64,000 nt of DNA from assembly GCF_004010195.1 (NCBI RefSeq), contig NC_057714.1, positions 27,207,192 to 27,271,191 of the forward strand, read 5' to 3'. Of this stretch, positions 61,891 through 64,000 are shown one piece after another. The notes below the pieces were generated by a model. The model saw only the letters and a list, made by a program, of their open reading frames with translations. It made no database searches and was not told where the DNA came from. Position 1 is the first letter of the stretch, and each line of letters opens with the position of its first letter. This DNA is from Chiloscyllium plagiosum. Its lineage: Eukaryota. The position numbers and the translations under genes are program-made.

Positions 61891-62176
61891 CAGCATGGTG
61901 GCTCAGTGGTTAGCACTGCTGCCTCACAGCACCAGAGTTCCCAGGTTCGATTCCAGCCTCGGGTGACTGTGTGGGTTCCCTCCGGGTGCTCTGGTTTCCT
62001 CCCATAGTCCGAAGATGTGCAGGTTAGGTGAATTGGCCATGCTAATTGTCCATAGTGTTAGGTGCATTAGTCAGAGGGAATGGGTCTGGGTGGGTTGCTC
62101 TTTGGTGGGTCGGTGTGGACTGGTTGGGCCAAAGGGCTTGTTTCCACACTGTAGGGAATCTAATCTAATCTAAAAA
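61891..62176 (+). mobile_element. HE1-type SINE
   Basis: A box tggctcagtgg, B box ggttcgattcc, tail gggaatctaatctaatcta; candidate 7-bp TSD aagtcag at 61884-61890 and 62177-62183. Confidence 0.92.
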
Positions 62177-63061
62177 AAGTCAGGGATTTTAAAGCTGATT
62201 CACCATCCCTCTGGCAGTGTGCCCATTGCCTTCGGCAGGTCAGCTCAAGGAGGGTGCACTTGAATCTTTGCCAGAGATCCTCAGTGGGCCAGAAACCTAT
62301 AAGCCTTGAGCCCCAGACAGGGAGGCCAGCAGAATCACCTCAGACAACAGTGCTCCGCAGTAATCAAGCTGTTTCCACATCTGCTGTGGCTGTCAGAGCA
62401 GCACCTCGGCATTGCAATAAGTCAGAAATTGAAGCAATTATAATGGCACAAAAATTGTACAGGTGTCTAATCACTGTCTATTTGAAAGAAGCTTGTAAAA
62501 TATGTGTATCGTTTCACTTTATTCTCACATGTTGTATTTCCTTTGTACTATGCGTTGTTGCAAAGGTGACATGTTTTAACTTTGTTCCTGATCAGTCTCG
62601 AATGATGTTGGCTTGTATTAATTATCAGTAGTGGCATTTCTGAGAACTATGACATATGTAGGACTGAGCCTTGGGCAATCATTTGTAATGTCAGGGAGTT
62701 GGGATGTATTTGGAAACTTGTCCAGCAAAATTCCTCTGATTATTTCCCTTTTGGGGATGATTTCTGAAAAGTGTCTTCAGTCGAGTATTGGCATGTCTTG
62801 CTGTTTCGACAGAGTTCCTTGCAATGCAGGTTCCCCATTTGGAGAATGGGTCAGTGTGGGGTGTGTGACTCCTTTCCAAAATATGTGCGCACATGCCTTT
62901 CAATAAAACCTTCAGATGGACTTGCTTGTGCCAAAGCACTTTTCCATCCATGTGCCAGAAGTCACAGAATGTTCAGTATAACTCATGTAATTGTCTAATC
63001 CTTCTGTCTGCAATTTTGTCCAAGCAGCAGCACATTCAGTAGGATGTGTTTTATGTCAGAT

Positions 63062-63400
63062 TGAATCATCGCGTCCCTACAGTGTAGAAACAGGCCCTTC
63101 AGCCCAACAAGTCCACACTGATCCTCCGGAGCATAACCCATTCCCCTACCCGACTACTCTACATTTGCCCCTGATTAATGCACCTAACCTATACATACCT
63201 GAACACTACAGGTGATTTAGCACGGCTAATTGACTTAACCTGCACATCTTTGGATTGTGATAGGAAACTAGAGCACCCGGAGGGAACCCACACAGACATG
63301 GGGAGAATGTGCAAACTCCACACAGGCAGTCGCCCGAGGCTGGAATCAAACCCGAGTCCCTGGCACAGTGAGGCAACAGTGCTAACCACTGAGCCACCGG
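63062..63400 (-). mobile_element. HE1-type SINE
   Basis: Minus strand: ggtggctcagtggttagcactgttgcctcactgtgccagggactcgggtttgattcc... Confidence 0.92.
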
Positions 63401-63599
63401 GCTGCACAAACAGAGGCCATAATACAAACTGTGTGAGGTTGAAAACAGCAACTTCAGGGCATTCAGCAGAACAAAAGATCAATGAATGAAACACAGATGT
63501 CTGTGCCCACAAGAGAATTCCATACTCCCAGTCACCAGCTGTTGTGACATGTGGAGGTTTCCATGTCTCACTTGGCCTGGAATCGAATGGTGATGAGGG

Positions 63600-64000
63600 T
63601 ATTACAGGTCTGTCTTTTACATCATTCCATTCCTTGATGCCATCTGCATCTGCAGCATTCACTTCCTCGGTCAAAACATCATCCTCTCCTTTACTTTCAG
63701 CAGAGGAAATATCTAACTCCTCTATTTCTGCCCACTTTGAATAAGGTTCTGCTGGGCACAACAGTTCACAGTAATCCTGGACACACTCTCCAGTGAGCCC
63801 TGCGTCTTCCACCTGAGCATTCCAGGCATTAGAACCTGATATTTCATAATCCTGTAGTCTACTCCATCATTACAATGGAATTTGCAGCACTTTTATCCGT
63901 CCACAGTTAGAGCTTGCAATCTGCTACTAATCTTGTCCCTGGAGGGTGTCCCCTCTCAAACAAGTAGCTGACCCTGAGCTAATGAGGTGGAGCAAATAAT
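63600..64000 (-). mobile_element. PIF/Harbinger transposase C-terminal remnant (frameshifted)
   Basis: Across frameshifts: MK..RF*CLECSGG..QGSLESVSRITVNCCAQQN, matching Harbinger LK.RFRCLD.SGG.LQYSPE.V..I...CC.LHN, followed by an acidic tail. Confidence 0.7.

Noticed and set aside
62631-63060. SEGFIERHVRT peptide resembling an integrase motif
   Set aside because: Surrounding catalytic motifs are absent; a single short match is insufficient.
63189-63812. 207-aa minus-strand ORF that looks like a novel acidic protein exon
   Set aside because: It is an off-frame read of a Harbinger transposase remnant running into an HE1 SINE.

Overview
Repeat-rich, apparently intergenic or intronic vertebrate DNA. 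HE1-type SINEs, CR1/HER1-type LINE fragments and AT-rich, CpG-depleted background point to a cartilaginous fish (shark-like); this is inferred from the repeats. I found no host protein-coding exon. All recognisable coding sequence is transposon-derived: a Tx1/L1-clade RT fragment, three Penelope-like elements (PLEs, one with RT + GIY-YIG), Rex1 and CR1/L2 LINE fragments, degenerate Gypsy and Gmr1-like LTR elements, Harbinger remnants and a CpG-rich Tigger/pogo-like element. The most striking pattern is six short (about 90-215 bp) insertions made only of PLE terminal-repeat sequence folded head-to-head into hairpins. Four retain a minimal hammerhead ribozyme at the centre, and five have clean 12-15 bp target-site duplications. 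All share one polarity: a complete element end on one side and a truncated, microhomology-joined end on the other. Two ribozyme families are present, with different palindromic dimerisation tetramers (ACGU and AGCU). Assembly gaps lie at 1134-1151 and 27731-28427. All calls were made by eye, so boundaries of degenerate repeats are approximate.
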